Part shown: piece after piece, positions 38,469 through 50,800 of the stretch | Layout of the letters: every line of letters starts with the position of its first letter | How positions within the stretch are numbered: position 1 is the stretch's first letter | Notes under the pieces: generated by a model | What the model saw: the letters and a program-made list of their open reading frames with translations, nothing else | What the model was told of the DNA's origin: nothing | The model's database searches: none | IMG/VR virus record: IMGVR_UViG_3300045988_128739 | Span: 1-64,000 of that record | DNA: 64,000 bases | From: a virus | Direction: 5' to 3' (one strand) | Made by a program: the position numbers and the translations under genes

Positions 38469-38861
38469 TTATATGTAATGCATGTACCCATCTCGGTGTA
38501 TAAACCTTCCCGATTCAAAGCGCTCAATATCTTCAGGGCAAATAGGGCCCGAATCCTCTCTCCTGGCTTCAAACCAAAGCCCCGGCTTACGAAGTCGGCA
38601 AGTTATGATATAATTGAAGCAATTGTGCGTAAAATGGAAAACAGATCCTACAGGGAAATACCTATCAGCTTGAAATACGATTCTTTTTCGTTTAGTATCA
38701 AACGTGATATCTCCTACTATCTTAGCCACGTAATAGCTTCTGCCATTTAACGTTTCATCTGTTTGTGGTATCCAATAATAACCTCTTGCCATGCCACAAA
38801 TATATAAAAAAAGTCGGACAAGACACATGTCCGACTTTATATTACTTTGATTCATTTTCAA
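38469..38861 (-). CDS. hypothetical protein (130 aa), weak GIY-YIG-like spacing
   Basis: GYYWIP...NGRSYYVAK...R loosely resembles GIY-(10-13 aa)-YIG. The assignment is not secure. Confidence 0.35.
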   Translation of the reverse strand: MKMNQSNIKSDMCLVRLFLYICGMARGYYWIPQTDETLNGRSYYVAKIVGDITFDTKRKRIVFQADRYFPVGSVFHFTHNCFNYIITCRLRKPGLWFEARREDSGPICPEDIERFESGRFIHRDGYMHYI

Positions 38862-39012
38862 ACCGCTTTATAAGAGAAGCAATATCATCACCACAAACAA
38901 ACATCATTCGACGTTCTTCTTTTGGTTTATGAGACACTGGGATGGTTTTGTTTATCTTAATCTGATTCGCCAGACCTCTGCCTAAACGAATATCAACTTT
39001 TTTACCTTTCAT
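38842..39012 (-). CDS. small basic protein (56 aa), not in ORF track
   Basis: The product is MKGKKVDIRLGRGLANQIKINKTIPVSHKPKEERRMMFVCGDDIASLIKRFENESK. It overlaps its neighbours by a few nt. Confidence 0.3.
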   Translation of the reverse strand: MKGKKVDIRLGRGLANQIKINKTIPVSHKPKEERRMMFVCGDDIASLIKRFENESK

Positions 39013-39319
39013 GAATTATTTGTTTAAACAGACCAATTCCATCTATTATAATATGACCGCTTTGCATACGACCATTATTAGGATTATGTAGAAAATTGAA
39101 ACCACTTTCTTTTTCCTGTCTTTCAAAAGAACTGATATCCTTTCCTCTACGGGCTCTTTCAAAAGCTTTCTTGAACAACTTGCCTCTAAAGGTCTTGACG
39201 AGGATCTTGGTAGCGTTATTGCCGGCTTTTACCATTGCTTTCCTTGCCTGGTCCTCCGAGACAAAACTGCTTCGGAAAATATACGATGCTGCTACTTGTA
39301 TATCTTGTTTAGTAATCAT
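39002..39319 (-). CDS. hypothetical protein (105 aa)
   Basis: ORF. Confidence 0.35.
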   Translation of the reverse strand: MITKQDIQVAASYIFRSSFVSEDQARKAMVKAGNNATKILVKTFRGKLFKKAFERARRGKDISSFERQEKESGFNFLHNPNNGRMQSGHIIIDGIGLFKQIIHER

Positions 39320-39666
39320 ATGATAAGCATTTCTTTCAAGATACTATTGTGTATAGTATATATCATTTTCATCTCATCTCTATCATATACGTCAAAAAAG
39401 GATTCACTTAAGTCCTTTGAATCTGCGCTCAATTGAATTATGCAATTACCAGTATAAACCTTAAGCTTGCAATTATCGGAATATATATCATGCATAGTTT
39501 CAAATGTCTCAATTAAATTTTCAACAAGGGCTCTGTTAAATGAAAAAGGTTCTTTACCATTACCTTTAAATGTGATATGATCTAAATTAATGTTGTCAAA
39601 TACATACTCTAACTGATTTCCGTCCATCATATTATAAGTGATTGACTTTTTGATTATAAATCCCAT
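39316..39666 (-). CDS. hypothetical protein (116 aa)
   Basis: ORF. Confidence 0.4.
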   Translation of the reverse strand: MGFIIKKSITYNMMDGNQLEYVFDNINLDHITFKGNGKEPFSFNRALVENLIETFETMHDIYSDNCKLKVYTGNCIIQLSADSKDLSESFFDVYDRDEMKMIYTIHNSILKEMLII

Positions 39667-39686
39667 ATTATTTTGTTTTTTAGTTG

Positions 39687-40241
39687 TTAATATAAATCTT
39701 CTGAATACAATTGTTCCCTAATGGCATTCCTATCTACCACCATCTCCTGATTATTATTTTTAACAAGTTCAGACGCATCCTCTCTTGTTAAAAACCGGTT
39801 CTTGCTTGTCAAAAACCCTTGAACACTGCGGTTTTTATGAGCTATTCCGTATGCCGCAAGTTGAGATAGTATAGAGGGGTGTCTCAATCCACAGAACACA
39901 GTTCCGGATGGTATATTGGTGGGCTGATAGAGACGTTTCTTGTCGTCCTGCACCCATATAGCCGCGCATACAACAATTATCCAGAGCCACCAACCGTTAG
40001 CCCCACCGAAACCGTCCTGGTTGTTACGACCGTTCATCAAAGCCGCCACCAGATTCGGATCCATTTTATTACCACCTATCAAATTAGCAAACATGCCGGG
40101 AATCATTGAAAGAAGACCGTTAGTGGCTGCACCACCACCGTTAGCCCCGGCTCCATCTAAAAGGACGATTTTATCACCACCCATAATTTTATAGTATTTA
40201 ATTGTTAAACATACGTGCATGAAGCACGTAACAAAGTTCAT
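39687..40241 (-). CDS. Gly-rich membrane protein (184 aa; likely start at internal MGGDK, about 40184)
   Basis: Gly/Ala/Asn-rich segment followed by the TM helix WWLWIIVVCAAIW. Confidence 0.4.
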   Translation of the reverse strand: MNFVTCFMHVCLTIKYYKIMGGDKIVLLDGAGANGGGAATNGLLSMIPGMFANLIGGNKMDPNLVAALMNGRNNQDGFGGANGWWLWIIVVCAAIWVQDDKKRLYQPTNIPSGTVFCGLRHPSILSQLAAYGIAHKNRSVQGFLTSKNRFLTREDASELVKNNNQEMVVDRNAIREQLYSEDLY

Positions 40242-40361
40242 GATTGTAAGGTGGAATATAGGTGTGTTTATTTCTTATAGAAGAGAAATATTTTCAGCAA
40301 AAACAGAAACAAAAAAAAGGTAGTGTTTTTTATTCTTTCAAAACACCACCTGTAAATAAAC

Positions 40362-41246
40362 TTAAGCAAACTTGCCATATTTTAGAAACACATTTTTGAG
40401 TTTTCCTTTTATACCATTTAAGGTCACTTCATATCCGGAGCCTGTCATGTATATGGTTTGTTGATTGATTCTATCACCAGAATACTTATCTATGAAATAA
40501 GACCTATACACTCCATACCCTTTAACTACAACATTGCTATATAGCTCCCATTTGCCAAGACCGTTCCTAAACATGAATTTAGCTTCTTCAAGAAATGAAC
40601 GTAAATTCTTTTCAGCAATAATAACACCATTTTGCTCTAACTCCTTTGCAATATCACGAATCAGCCACATATTGTTATGGTCTACTTTCCTAAAAGACTC
40701 GGCAAATTCTACATCAGGACGCTGATCTTCTATCGTTTTCAAAGCCTGCTGCCTCTCCGCTTCTGCCTGCGACTTTTCAGCTATAGCTTTTTGAGCAGCT
40801 TCATACTGATCAGCCCATGCCCTTGCCGCATCTGCTGGATTAGAAAAGTCAGGAACCAAAATTCCCTTGCCGCCTGAACTTGTTTTATATTCTCCTGTTT
40901 TACGAATAGAAGGAAGAACCTCAGATGTTATCCATCGTTTAAATCTCTTAGCAGATTCTAATTTTGAAGATAATATAAGAGAATATAAACCAGATTCATT
41001 AATGATTCTTATATTATCTATGTATCTGGTTTTCAATAGGGATTGATTCACGCCCCATTGATTATCAGATACTTGCAAAAGTGTGGAATCATCATCATCT
41101 ACATGTCTTTTTACCGCATCTTTAGCATTTATATATCCAAGAGATTTAGCTACATCTGACGCCACGAACCAAACATCTCCTTTTGGATCTACAATAATTC
41201 TAAGCTCTCCAAAATCCGAACTTTCAAAAACAGAAACTTTATCCAT
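40362..41246 (-). CDS. BRO-N domain antirepressor-like protein (294 aa)
   Basis: N-terminal FGELRIIVDPKGDVWFVASDVAKSLGY matches the Bro-N family signature. The C-terminal region is KilA-C/ANT-like. Confidence 0.65.
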   Translation of the reverse strand: MDKVSVFESSDFGELRIIVDPKGDVWFVASDVAKSLGYINAKDAVKRHVDDDDSTLLQVSDNQWGVNQSLLKTRYIDNIRIINESGLYSLILSSKLESAKRFKRWITSEVLPSIRKTGEYKTSSGGKGILVPDFSNPADAARAWADQYEAAQKAIAEKSQAEAERQQALKTIEDQRPDVEFAESFRKVDHNNMWLIRDIAKELEQNGVIIAEKNLRSFLEEAKFMFRNGLGKWELYSNVVVKGYGVYRSYFIDKYSGDRINQQTIYMTGSGYEVTLNGIKGKLKNVFLKYGKFA

Positions 41247-41426
41247 AATAAAAAAAATAGGCCCAAAAGAGAATGTCAGACCCCACTATGACAAACCCTA
41301 ATGAGCCAAAAATATCTTTCAACATCAAACAACCAGAGGTGGGATCTCGTTGTTCATTGTTTCTGGAACAAAGATAGGAACAGGATTTTAAATAACAAAT
41401 ATTTTAATACTTTTTAAATCAAACAA

Positions 41427-41448
41427 GGGCCCGCATCACTGCGAGCCC
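41427..41448 (-). terminator. hairpin GGGCCCGCA-TCAC-TGCGAGCCC
   Basis: GC-rich inverted repeat with one mismatch, downstream of the small - strand ORF 41535..41732. Confidence 0.3.
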
Positions 41449-41534
41449 TGATCTACACTAATCTAAACTAATACCATGAAAAAACTTAAATCTAAAAACT
41501 AAAGAACACACAAATATATGAAAATGTATGGTTT

Positions 41535-41732
41535 TCACAAAGAATCTGTATCCTGTTCTTTGGTATGGTTAAGTACATGGGATATAGTTCTGATACTTAA
41601 TCCGGTTTGATTTTGTATCAGATTATAAATATAGGATTTTGAAACTACAGTTCTTAATTGACCTAAATCATTCATAATGTTTTTATACATAAGATGAATG
41701 CTGTTATTACGTTTGATGGTACTGATTCTCAT
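41535..41732 (-). CDS. small protein (65 aa), possible HTH
   Basis: ORF isolated in a 700-bp low-coding region. It contains a LSIRTISHVLN helix-like segment. Confidence 0.3.
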   Translation of the reverse strand: MRISTIKRNNSIHLMYKNIMNDLGQLRTVVSKSYIYNLIQNQTGLSIRTISHVLNHTKEQDTDSL

Positions 41733-41883
41733 TTCCTACCGTTATTAGTTACGTTCTGTTCTTACTTTTCCCTATTTTCTATAATCCCTTCCTGAAACTA
41801 ATATCGCAAACTTAATAAAAATAATCCATAAACAATGAAAATCTAACTTTTCTTGTATGTTGTTGATATACGTGCATATGCAA

Positions 41884-41912
41884 GAAAAGTGAGACTTTCA
41901 CAAGCCTCACTT
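41884..41912 (-). terminator. intrinsic terminator-like hairpin AAGTGAG...CTCACTT + TTTTCT (- strand)
   Basis: Lies 45 nt downstream of the 758-aa gene stop. Confidence 0.35.
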
Positions 41913-41957
41913 CCCAAATCGTAATTATGAAAAAACTATATTATATATATACAAAAA

Positions 41958-44234
41958 TTATTTGCATTCCAATTTATTAAGATCATCCAATTCAGACTTG
42001 CTTACGATCATATCTTGCGTCAAGCCAGATCTGTTTTGGTATGGAGCGTAATCGGTTTCTACCGTCTTAGCCTTCTGAGTAGAATCGTATTTCACCTCCG
42101 ATTCGGTTCCTGTCAGATTTTGGTAGATAGATCCGGAACTACTTTCGCCAACTTTAGTGAACACCATGTCTCCTATTCTGATAAAATTATCATACAAACC
42201 CTCTACGATAACATTATCATCCTGCTTAGTTATGTTATGATCCCAAACCTCATTTAAGAGATTAGGATGCTTTGTGAAAAGATCGTGATAGAAATCAGAA
42301 CCGGCATATAACATATCATAATAATCCAAATAGAACAGATCTGTAAAAGAAGGATCGGTGCTGCTTATGCTATACTCAAATAACTGCTCACGATCATTAC
42401 CTGCCAAAGATAGTTCAATTTGTTTTAACGTATCCGGATCTGAAACGGTAAGACCCAGCAAATGATCCGGTTTGAAATCAAGATACTTGTATGCCCCCTC
42501 ATACACTTCCGTATTATGAAGCTTATTTTCAAGATAAGATTGGTATAAATCGAATAAGAGTAAAGGATTCTCTTTGTCCTGCTTTCTGTTTATGTATCGG
42601 CTAAACTCCCGTTCTTCATTAACATACGGGCTTCCGGGAACAACAAGATGACCGAATGCCAATCTGGTAGCATTCATCTCTTCCGTATTCTGAGAATCGG
42701 TATAAGACAGGACGTATTTTTTAATAGAATCAGCAAGGACCTTACTATCTACGTTTTTCACGCGGAGCTTATCTAAAACACCATCTTTAAAACAATATTC
42801 AGGATAGATACCAGGTGGGAAATAAGTTAGACTCTGCTTGGCAAGCTCAGCAGCCATATCGTACAAATCACCTAAATTATCTCTTTCTACCTTATGATAT
42901 AGGTTTCCACCAAGATAAAGCAGGGAATGATTTTCAAATGCCGATACCGGATCTATGTCAGATTCCATATAAACGATATTCATATTATCCATATACTCTG
43001 GAAGAAACATGACACGGCGATCCCTGCTATCTCCAAGAACGTCATCAATAGCAGAAGCTAAGGTAGGAGCATAAGTATCATCGTTGCGCCTTGCTACATA
43101 AATATCAAGATCCAGCATCAAGCTATCAATTTTATTCAGCGATTCTTCTGTTCCGTCATATGCCTTAGACACGCCTACGATATCTATACCAAGACCTACA
43201 CAAGCCTCTTCTACATCCCATATCATACTTCTAAGGTCTTCTTCTGTATCAGCATTAACCCTGTTTAGAAAGGCTGATATACGAGCTCGTAATGACTCAG
43301 ATCCAATAGGGCTGTAATAAGCATAATCTTGCAACTTTGATAATGACCGTCTCTTCCCTTCTACGATATTATTATCTTCTAAAGCCACAACCGGAACGAT
43401 GTTCATATTCGAAAATTCGTTGAACAGCGACAAGGCAAAACTCTTATCCGACTGATATCTTTCAACTAACTCCGGATATGAATCAGATAAAGATCCGAAA
43501 GCAGCATCAAACTCTGAAGCAACACTAATACCTCCTACTGTATTTTTTATAGCCTCATAAACTTCAGCCGGATTATATGATGCTCTCTTTCCTAATTTAT
43601 TGAAGACGCCATTTTTATACACAACAGGACCGTATGGTTTTTCTACGGTTGTGAAGTAAGACTCTTTCCCGAGATCGTGTTCGTTATTGGAATAGTCTAA
43701 TAATAACCTCATAAAAGAGCCGACCTCATTAAGTACAGAAGGATTATCTAATATCCTACTTATTTCCGTCTCATTATACAAGCCGGATCTCCTTAGATTT
43801 TCTTCATTTAGGATAAGATTGCCATCCACATAAAAAGAGCTTCTAACTCTATTAATAAGAGATCGTATGCTATATATGGAATTGGATATCATAACATCTC
43901 TTACGTCCTTAACATCCTGAGCCGTTAAAGGATCGGAAAAATAAGCCTGACGCTTCATATACGACAGCACGTCTTCTAAAAGAGGTTCGCCATTGGGATC
44001 GGTATTAAACATCTCCCCTGGAGCCGGGTTATTCCAATGACCATAATACGACAAAAAACCAAGAGTGTAAGCCTTAGCCCATACCTGAAGAGCTCGTTCG
44101 CTATTCCCTAATAATTTCAAGGCACTTTCGTAAAGAACGGAAGGCTCCCCGTTAGGAGCCTTAACCCGTTTTATTTCATTTTCCTTTTTTTCTATCTGAC
44201 ATTTGACACCCATAGTGATAAATATTTTAGACAA
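41958..44234 (-). CDS. large virion-associated protein (758 aa), function unknown
   Basis: Long ORF in the structural-gene block. Confidence 0.5.
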   Translation of the reverse strand: MSKIFITMGVKCQIEKKENEIKRVKAPNGEPSVLYESALKLLGNSERALQVWAKAYTLGFLSYYGHWNNPAPGEMFNTDPNGEPLLEDVLSYMKRQAYFSDPLTAQDVKDVRDVMISNSIYSIRSLINRVRSSFYVDGNLILNEENLRRSGLYNETEISRILDNPSVLNEVGSFMRLLLDYSNNEHDLGKESYFTTVEKPYGPVVYKNGVFNKLGKRASYNPAEVYEAIKNTVGGISVASEFDAAFGSLSDSYPELVERYQSDKSFALSLFNEFSNMNIVPVVALEDNNIVEGKRRSLSKLQDYAYYSPIGSESLRARISAFLNRVNADTEEDLRSMIWDVEEACVGLGIDIVGVSKAYDGTEESLNKIDSLMLDLDIYVARRNDDTYAPTLASAIDDVLGDSRDRRVMFLPEYMDNMNIVYMESDIDPVSAFENHSLLYLGGNLYHKVERDNLGDLYDMAAELAKQSLTYFPPGIYPEYCFKDGVLDKLRVKNVDSKVLADSIKKYVLSYTDSQNTEEMNATRLAFGHLVVPGSPYVNEEREFSRYINRKQDKENPLLLFDLYQSYLENKLHNTEVYEGAYKYLDFKPDHLLGLTVSDPDTLKQIELSLAGNDREQLFEYSISSTDPSFTDLFYLDYYDMLYAGSDFYHDLFTKHPNLLNEVWDHNITKQDDNVIVEGLYDNFIRIGDMVFTKVGESSSGSIYQNLTGTESEVKYDSTQKAKTVETDYAPYQNRSGLTQDMIVSKSELDDLNKLECK

Positions 44235-44254
44235 AGATAGTATAAAAATAGAAA

Positions 44255-44842
44255 TTATGAAACTTCTATTTCATAATGCGAAGCCTTTGTCTCAACTATC
44301 AATCTTCCCTTTCCTTCGAACTCAACGCTATTATTTCCTGGACCAGAAACATAAGGGAAATCAGATACGGATGTTACATAATCTCTAGAACCACCGGAGA
44401 AAGACTGACTTTCACTTTGTTTGTAATTGATAGTCAATCGTGTTTTACCTATCTGAAGAGTTCCAGATAAATTTTTAGTATAAGTAGTGGTAGTTGTAAT
44501 ATCCCCATTTTTATAACAATACATTATAAAGGTGGTAACCGGACTCTTTTTTATATTACTATCCGGACCTGCATGATAAGATTCATTTCCTCCAAATATG
44601 CTATAAATGTGACAATAATGACCGACTCTTTTACTTGAAGTTTCAGCCTTATCCTCGACTCCTTTCAAAGATATAGTAACCTTACTCTTGTATTCAATAT
44701 CCTTCCAATTACAGACTCCTTCACTTACGTTTCCAACAAACCTGTCATCAACATAAACCTCTATATCCCCCTGCTGATTGGTCTTCAACTGATACTGAAC
44801 AAAATTTGAAACATCTTCGTATCTCCTTCTCATACTCAACAC
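44255..44842 (-). CDS. beta-rich protein (195 aa), possible fibre/receptor-binding module
   Basis: Thr/Ser/Gly/Tyr-rich sequence with a TTTTTYTKN stretch. Confidence 0.4.
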   Translation of the reverse strand: MLSMRRRYEDVSNFVQYQLKTNQQGDIEVYVDDRFVGNVSEGVCNWKDIEYKSKVTISLKGVEDKAETSSKRVGHYCHIYSIFGGNESYHAGPDSNIKKSPVTTFIMYCYKNGDITTTTTYTKNLSGTLQIGKTRLTINYKQSESQSFSGGSRDYVTSVSDFPYVSGPGNNSVEFEGKGRLIVETKASHYEIEVS

Positions 44843-47800
44843 TCCTTATTTAACTCATTTATCGAATCCGAATTATCAGAACCTTCTACGAGATTCTTAT
44901 TCCTGTCTATCTCTTCCTGGCTCATATTACTCATCATATTTTGTATTTTTCTACCAGATTGAGATAAAGAGCGGATGAATGCACTGGAACTTATCTTAAC
45001 TCCAAGATTCGGTTTTGCCCTAAACGCTTCACCGGTACTGATATTATACAAATCATACACACCTGAGTTCATATAGAATTTATATATCCAGTTTCCACCA
45101 GCTTTTTTGTACCCTAATTTGGTTAGCTCGACTACACTCATACCAAATTTAATACCATTACGACCCATTATCTTCTCCGGTATAGGTTCTACTTTAGCCG
45201 GAACAGATGTATATGCTTCGTCACCGCCGTACAGGAAATAAGGGGTTGTTACCCTTGATATGTGAGTAAGCGGTTCTTCGGATATACGAGGTTCGTCTTT
45301 CTCGGCCTTAGATTCTTTCCTTGGATTGGATATTCTAATAAAAGGATCGTATGTTAAAAAGGTTAAGCCGTATTCTACTTTATAACCTGATACGCCGTTA
45401 AGGTCCCTTATAGCCTTAGTCGTATGCGAGTGATTGATGGTGTCTATACCATACCTTGATTCCATATCGGTCATAATACTATTAACCTCATCTCCCTCTA
45501 CATAAACCTCTTCTCCTTCCGGGATAGAGGTTATGCCGGCAGCCCTTCTAAGTAGCCATAAAGTAACTTCAGCAATGTCAGAGAACTTATCTCCGTTCTT
45601 CCTATAGTTATCTACTCTTCCTTCTTCAGATCCAGGTAATTCGACATTTCCTTCAACTTCGACATTTGTTCTGGATTGTCCTTTGCCTTCTCCATCTCCC
45701 TTTTTATCGCCATCTTCCTCAGTGCGTACTGCACCGCCTTCTGCACTTCCTTCTTTTCCATCATTTAAAATATTATCTGATTCTGATTCTATAGACTCCA
45801 CGACAGCATCATACTCTGGTATGCCGCTAAGGAAATCTGCTACGTTATTCAAAAACTCTATTTTTTCCTCGTTTGTCATATCAAGGCTTTCCACGGGCTC
45901 CCATATGGCAGGCAAGTTGTTTGATTTTATTGCAGTAGAAACATCTTCTACAGTTTTATTATCCACCGTAGGCAAAACTTTAGAAACCAAACTATTGATA
46001 TCAGATTCCATTTTTTCTACTTCCTCTTTTGTGCCATATTCTTTTAGGGTATCCATGCCATTGACTCTAAGAGAATAATTCAAAGCCTTGCTTGGAACAA
46101 AATTAATATATTTCAAAAAGTTTTTCAACTCTGATATAATTTGTTCGTCAGATCTTGGCCCAACATAATCAACCACCACCTGATCTGTTTGAGAACGAAG
46201 CCAAGAAACGTATTCTTCTAAGGTCTTACCACCTTTACTGGAAGGAGTGGATATTTTATCACCTACTGTTCCTTTAGGTTCTAATCCCATTTCTTCCTTA
46301 AGGCTTTTAGGATTACCTCTCTCACGAAGAAACCTCAAATCACCTCCTACAATCTTCCTTGCTATAAAATCAAAAATATTAGCATAAGACGGCAATCCTT
46401 CTTTTTCTATATGAGATTCTATTTCGTTTAACATAAGAGAGAAGTTTTTCCTGGAGGTACGCTTCTTGCCAGGTAAAGACTGCGCGGCTTGTGCCGCAGG
46501 AGCCGGCTGAGCTAATGGCGCCGGCTGAGTCCCCAGGATAGTCCCTTCCTCTGGCATTTCCTCTTCATAAACATCCACGTCTTCTTTAGAAGTAACGGTC
46601 TTACCCTCATCAGAGAAAGGAAGATCATCCTCTATAAGTGATTTAGGTCTGGAAGATGATTTACCAAACTGAATCCTGATCTTAGGAGCAACAAACATCT
46701 CACCTTCGAAATCTATTCCAGATTCTACTTCAGACGTCACAATGTCTTTCACACTCCTACTTCCATCTTCTACCCACTTAACAACATCAGGAACTGTAGA
46801 TAATTCTTCTATAGCCTCACGAGCTTTTCTAAGACCTGAAATAGGATTCAAATACGATACTTGATACGAAGCCGGATCAAGACCTAACTTGGTTAGATAC
46901 GCATTAAGATCTTGTATATCATCTTGACCCATCTGTAGCAATTCAGAATCACCGGATTCAAGCAGCATATCTATAAAAGACATCCATTTCCGCCCTTCCT
47001 CTGATTCCACAGAACGTAGGCTAACTGGGAAAAGATAATTAAGACCGTTTTTACCTTTGATGACAACTACCGGAACTCTTACATTTTTGTAATTATTCCC
47101 CTTGTCATTTAATATAGAATAAGCAAATGGGAAGCCTGTGTATTTAGATCCGTTCTTAAGCACGACTTTGCCATTTAATACATATCCGACATCAGATACT
47201 TTTTCAGCACCTTTTTCGGTAATAGGGAGATTTTCTACCTGGCCATATCCTTGACCGTTCACCTTCATGTTAAACACCGGTCTTCCGGGAAGGGTCTGGG
47301 CAACAACATGCGTGCCGACGCCGATGGTAGCCGACCGGCCGGCGTCCTTCTTCCACTTGTTAAAAGCCGTTCTTCTTATCTTACTTATACCATCTATGCC
47401 TCCTGTGTCAGCTTTTACAACAGAAACGAATCTGTTTCCACTCATGACCTTGATAACCATATTGGACACCAGTTTATTCTCAGCAGATTCTATTCTTTTT
47501 TTATCGCCGGACTGAACAGCATCATTGTATTCGGCAAAAAGAGACTGATTATAGGTATCATTTACATCTATTTCGAGATTAACCTTATCTCCTTTTTTCA
47601 AAGAAGATAATGCTTCCTGATCTATTTTATCTACCTCATTATCTCCGAATCCGACACCCGTTCTGTACGGAACCAACTCATCTGAATCAAGACGCTTATA
47701 AACCAAAGAATAGGAATTACCCACGTCCTGAATAGACACATCTGTGTAGCGATTAAGAACACGAGCCGATTCTTTGTCTATAGACCATCTCGCATGATAA

Positions 47801-50800
47801 GGAAGTTCAATTATAGTAGCCGTTTCCCCACCTATGTTAAGAGAATACCTTTTAGTGCCATTAGCGTTCGTTTCAGAGCTTATTTGAATAGGAACCAATG
47901 ATTTTATAGAAGATATAAATTTATCGGCTCTAAGACCCGCAATTTCATACCTTTCGTTGCCATCGTTGGATATTCTTCTAACCATCAACGTCTCTGGATT
48001 TTGGGCACTATCTATGTTAGCTCCAGGCGTATTATCGGATTCATCTAACTCATTTACAAGAGAATCTATATTGGTATCATCCTCCCCAAAATTACTTAAC
48101 GTAGATTCGGAAATACGACCTTTATCAATAATCCTGTTTTGTTCGATATAAGGAAGGAGATCTGTGATGTTTCCAACCTGGCCAAGATCTTCTATGGTAA
48201 ATACAGAATCGGCAAGCTTATCTTCGTCAACCTTCTCCCCTTTATCCCGTCTGTTCATTATATCAACATACGAAGAAATAGCATCATCAAGTTCCTTCCT
48301 TTGATCTGGTTCCAAATTGGATTTAGCCATATCAATAATAGCTTTATTATCCTCATACACAGATCGATGTTCAGTAAGTCTCCTAACTTTATCTGATAAA
48401 TCTTTTATCATCTTAGCCGGACTATCACCAAGATTTGATATATAATCATCAATATCCTGTTTATACTTTTCATATATCTCCTTCTCCCTTGGAGATAAAA
48501 GATCTTGATTACCTGTATATATCTTATCTACGATACGTTCTTTAACCTCTATAGGTGCAAACAAAAGATCTTCCATTGCCGACTCATAATCAAAATCAGA
48601 CAATATATCTTCTTTCGGCTTCTGAGTTATACCATCGTTTAGATGACCAAATACTTTCATGGTAAATGCTTCATCTGAATTTATTTCTCCATTATTCAGA
48701 AGCTCATCTATTTTTTCATCCAAACTGATATTATTATCCTCTGTCTGGTAAAAACGATCACTTTCTATAGATTTAGTATTAGAAGATACCATATCATTTA
48801 AGAACTTAGAAAATAAAGAAAAATCATGTCTCATGAATTTCTTATCCTGTATGGAGTTCATAAATGACCGTAAAACCTTATATTGGGTAATGGCTTGCTG
48901 GTATTTCACCACCATATTTCTTAAATCCTCTGCTTCTTTCTTCCCTTTATTATTCTCAATATAAGTACTTAAAGAAGCTACAGAGTCATAAGCTTTCAAT
49001 ATATCTTCAGCAGTTATTGTTTCGGATTTAAACAACTCAAGAGCTAATACTTCAGGATTAAAAGAATAAAATACTTCTTTATAACTACTAAGAAGATATT
49101 CTGACAACCTTCTATATTCCTTATTAAGATTATCGTATTTAATAGTTTTTTGTTTTATAGCCTCTGCTTCGGTATCATTGCCATCCTCTACTCTTCTCGG
49201 AGTTGTAGCCAACCTCTCTATTTCAGCATTCAGATCATTGATCTCATTACGCAATTCCCTTAACTGATTAACTGTATCAAAAGCTTGACTTGATAATGAA
49301 TAAAACGCATTTATATCATCAAACAAATTATTGTCATTTACATAATCAGCAATATCATTTGATGCTTCCATTGCTATATCTTCTGCATCCAACCCCTTAA
49401 ACACAGCATTAGCAACATTAGATCGATAAAGATCAGATGAAGTCTCAGCAGTAATAGCCTCAGCAAAAGAAGAAGCTTTTTTATAATTGGCTAACTTCTT
49501 ATCAAAATCTTTTATAATATCTTCCTTGTATTTTTTAACAGTTTCTTCATCTACTTTCATTTCAGAAGCCAACTCATTTTCGTCAAAGCTTTTAACCATT
49601 GACCTGAAATTGTTAGCCGTATCCTCTAACATTCCCATTCTGTCAGATAATTCAAATTTAGAATAATAACCTGATTCAGGATCATTCATTTGAGCATTAA
49701 ATTCGGCTAAATTTCGCATAGAGTCTTTTACAGATTGAGAAGTAAAAGCATTATTACTATTAAATTTCTCAACATCAGTATTAATAGTACGCTCTTTATT
49801 TCTCCTTTCATATAAACCAAAAGCACCATTTCTGGCTCCAGATAAACCACCAATCAGGGCTCCTATGCCAATCTCTTTCAATCCTTCTTTGGTTGTAAAT
49901 TGTTCAGCTATGGCCTTAGAAAAAGAATCAACTATAGAAGACGTAGCATCAAGATACGTCTTATCATATCTTGATCTAATAAAATCTTCCCCCATGCGCT
50001 GAGCAACACCCTGCATGCCTTCCTCCCATACACCTTCAGATATGGGTCTTTTAGATACATTCCAAACAGTAGCTAAGGATTTCTGGAATAAATTTGCTTT
50101 TACCGTCTGTAATCTTCCAGCATCACCCGCTACCTTCTTAGTTCCTAATCCAAACAAATAACGATCTATAAAACTCTTTGATCCTCCATATGTATCTAAT
50201 ACACCCTTTAATCCAGGTATGTATTTAGAAGCAAAACCAGTGTCTACTCCAAGATATTTTCCCAGAAGGAGATAATTGGATAATCCAACTATACCCATAT
50301 TGGCTAAAAATATGCTGTTTGCTGTATCGGAAATAGAACTCTTAAATTCAGCCATCTCGGACTGATTAGGATTCCGACCATACATATTTTTAAAATATTC
50401 TTTGTATTTACTTTCAGAGTCTTTCATGAAGGACTGAGCTTCCACAGCAGACTCCCAGCCGGCTCCCACGAACGTATTTACTCCTACCTTGGCCATATTG
50501 CCGATAGCTCTGCCGTACATCGCTCCTGCCCTATACGCTCCAAAAGCAGATTTTACAGCACTTGCCGCAATCTTAGACGCCGCCATCTTTCCGGCCACCC
50601 TCATCCCTACTTTAGCACCAACAGCTCCAAGACTTGACACGCCCATCCCACCTGTAAGGTAGGCAGACAGAATAGCTCCTGCCGTAAACGATAGACCATT
50701 TCCAATAACATCATTAAAAATAAAATTTGCAGTTCCAAGACTCTGCAAAAATCCCATATCACGCTCTTCTCTTGTATAATAATGAGGAAGAGAGTGGTTT

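Noticed and set aside
38469-38861. GIY-YIG homing endonuclease call for the 130-aa ORF.
   Set aside because: The GYY...YYV spacing is 13 aa rather than 10-11 and the downstream Arg/Glu/Asn positions are unclear, so I kept it as a weak note only.
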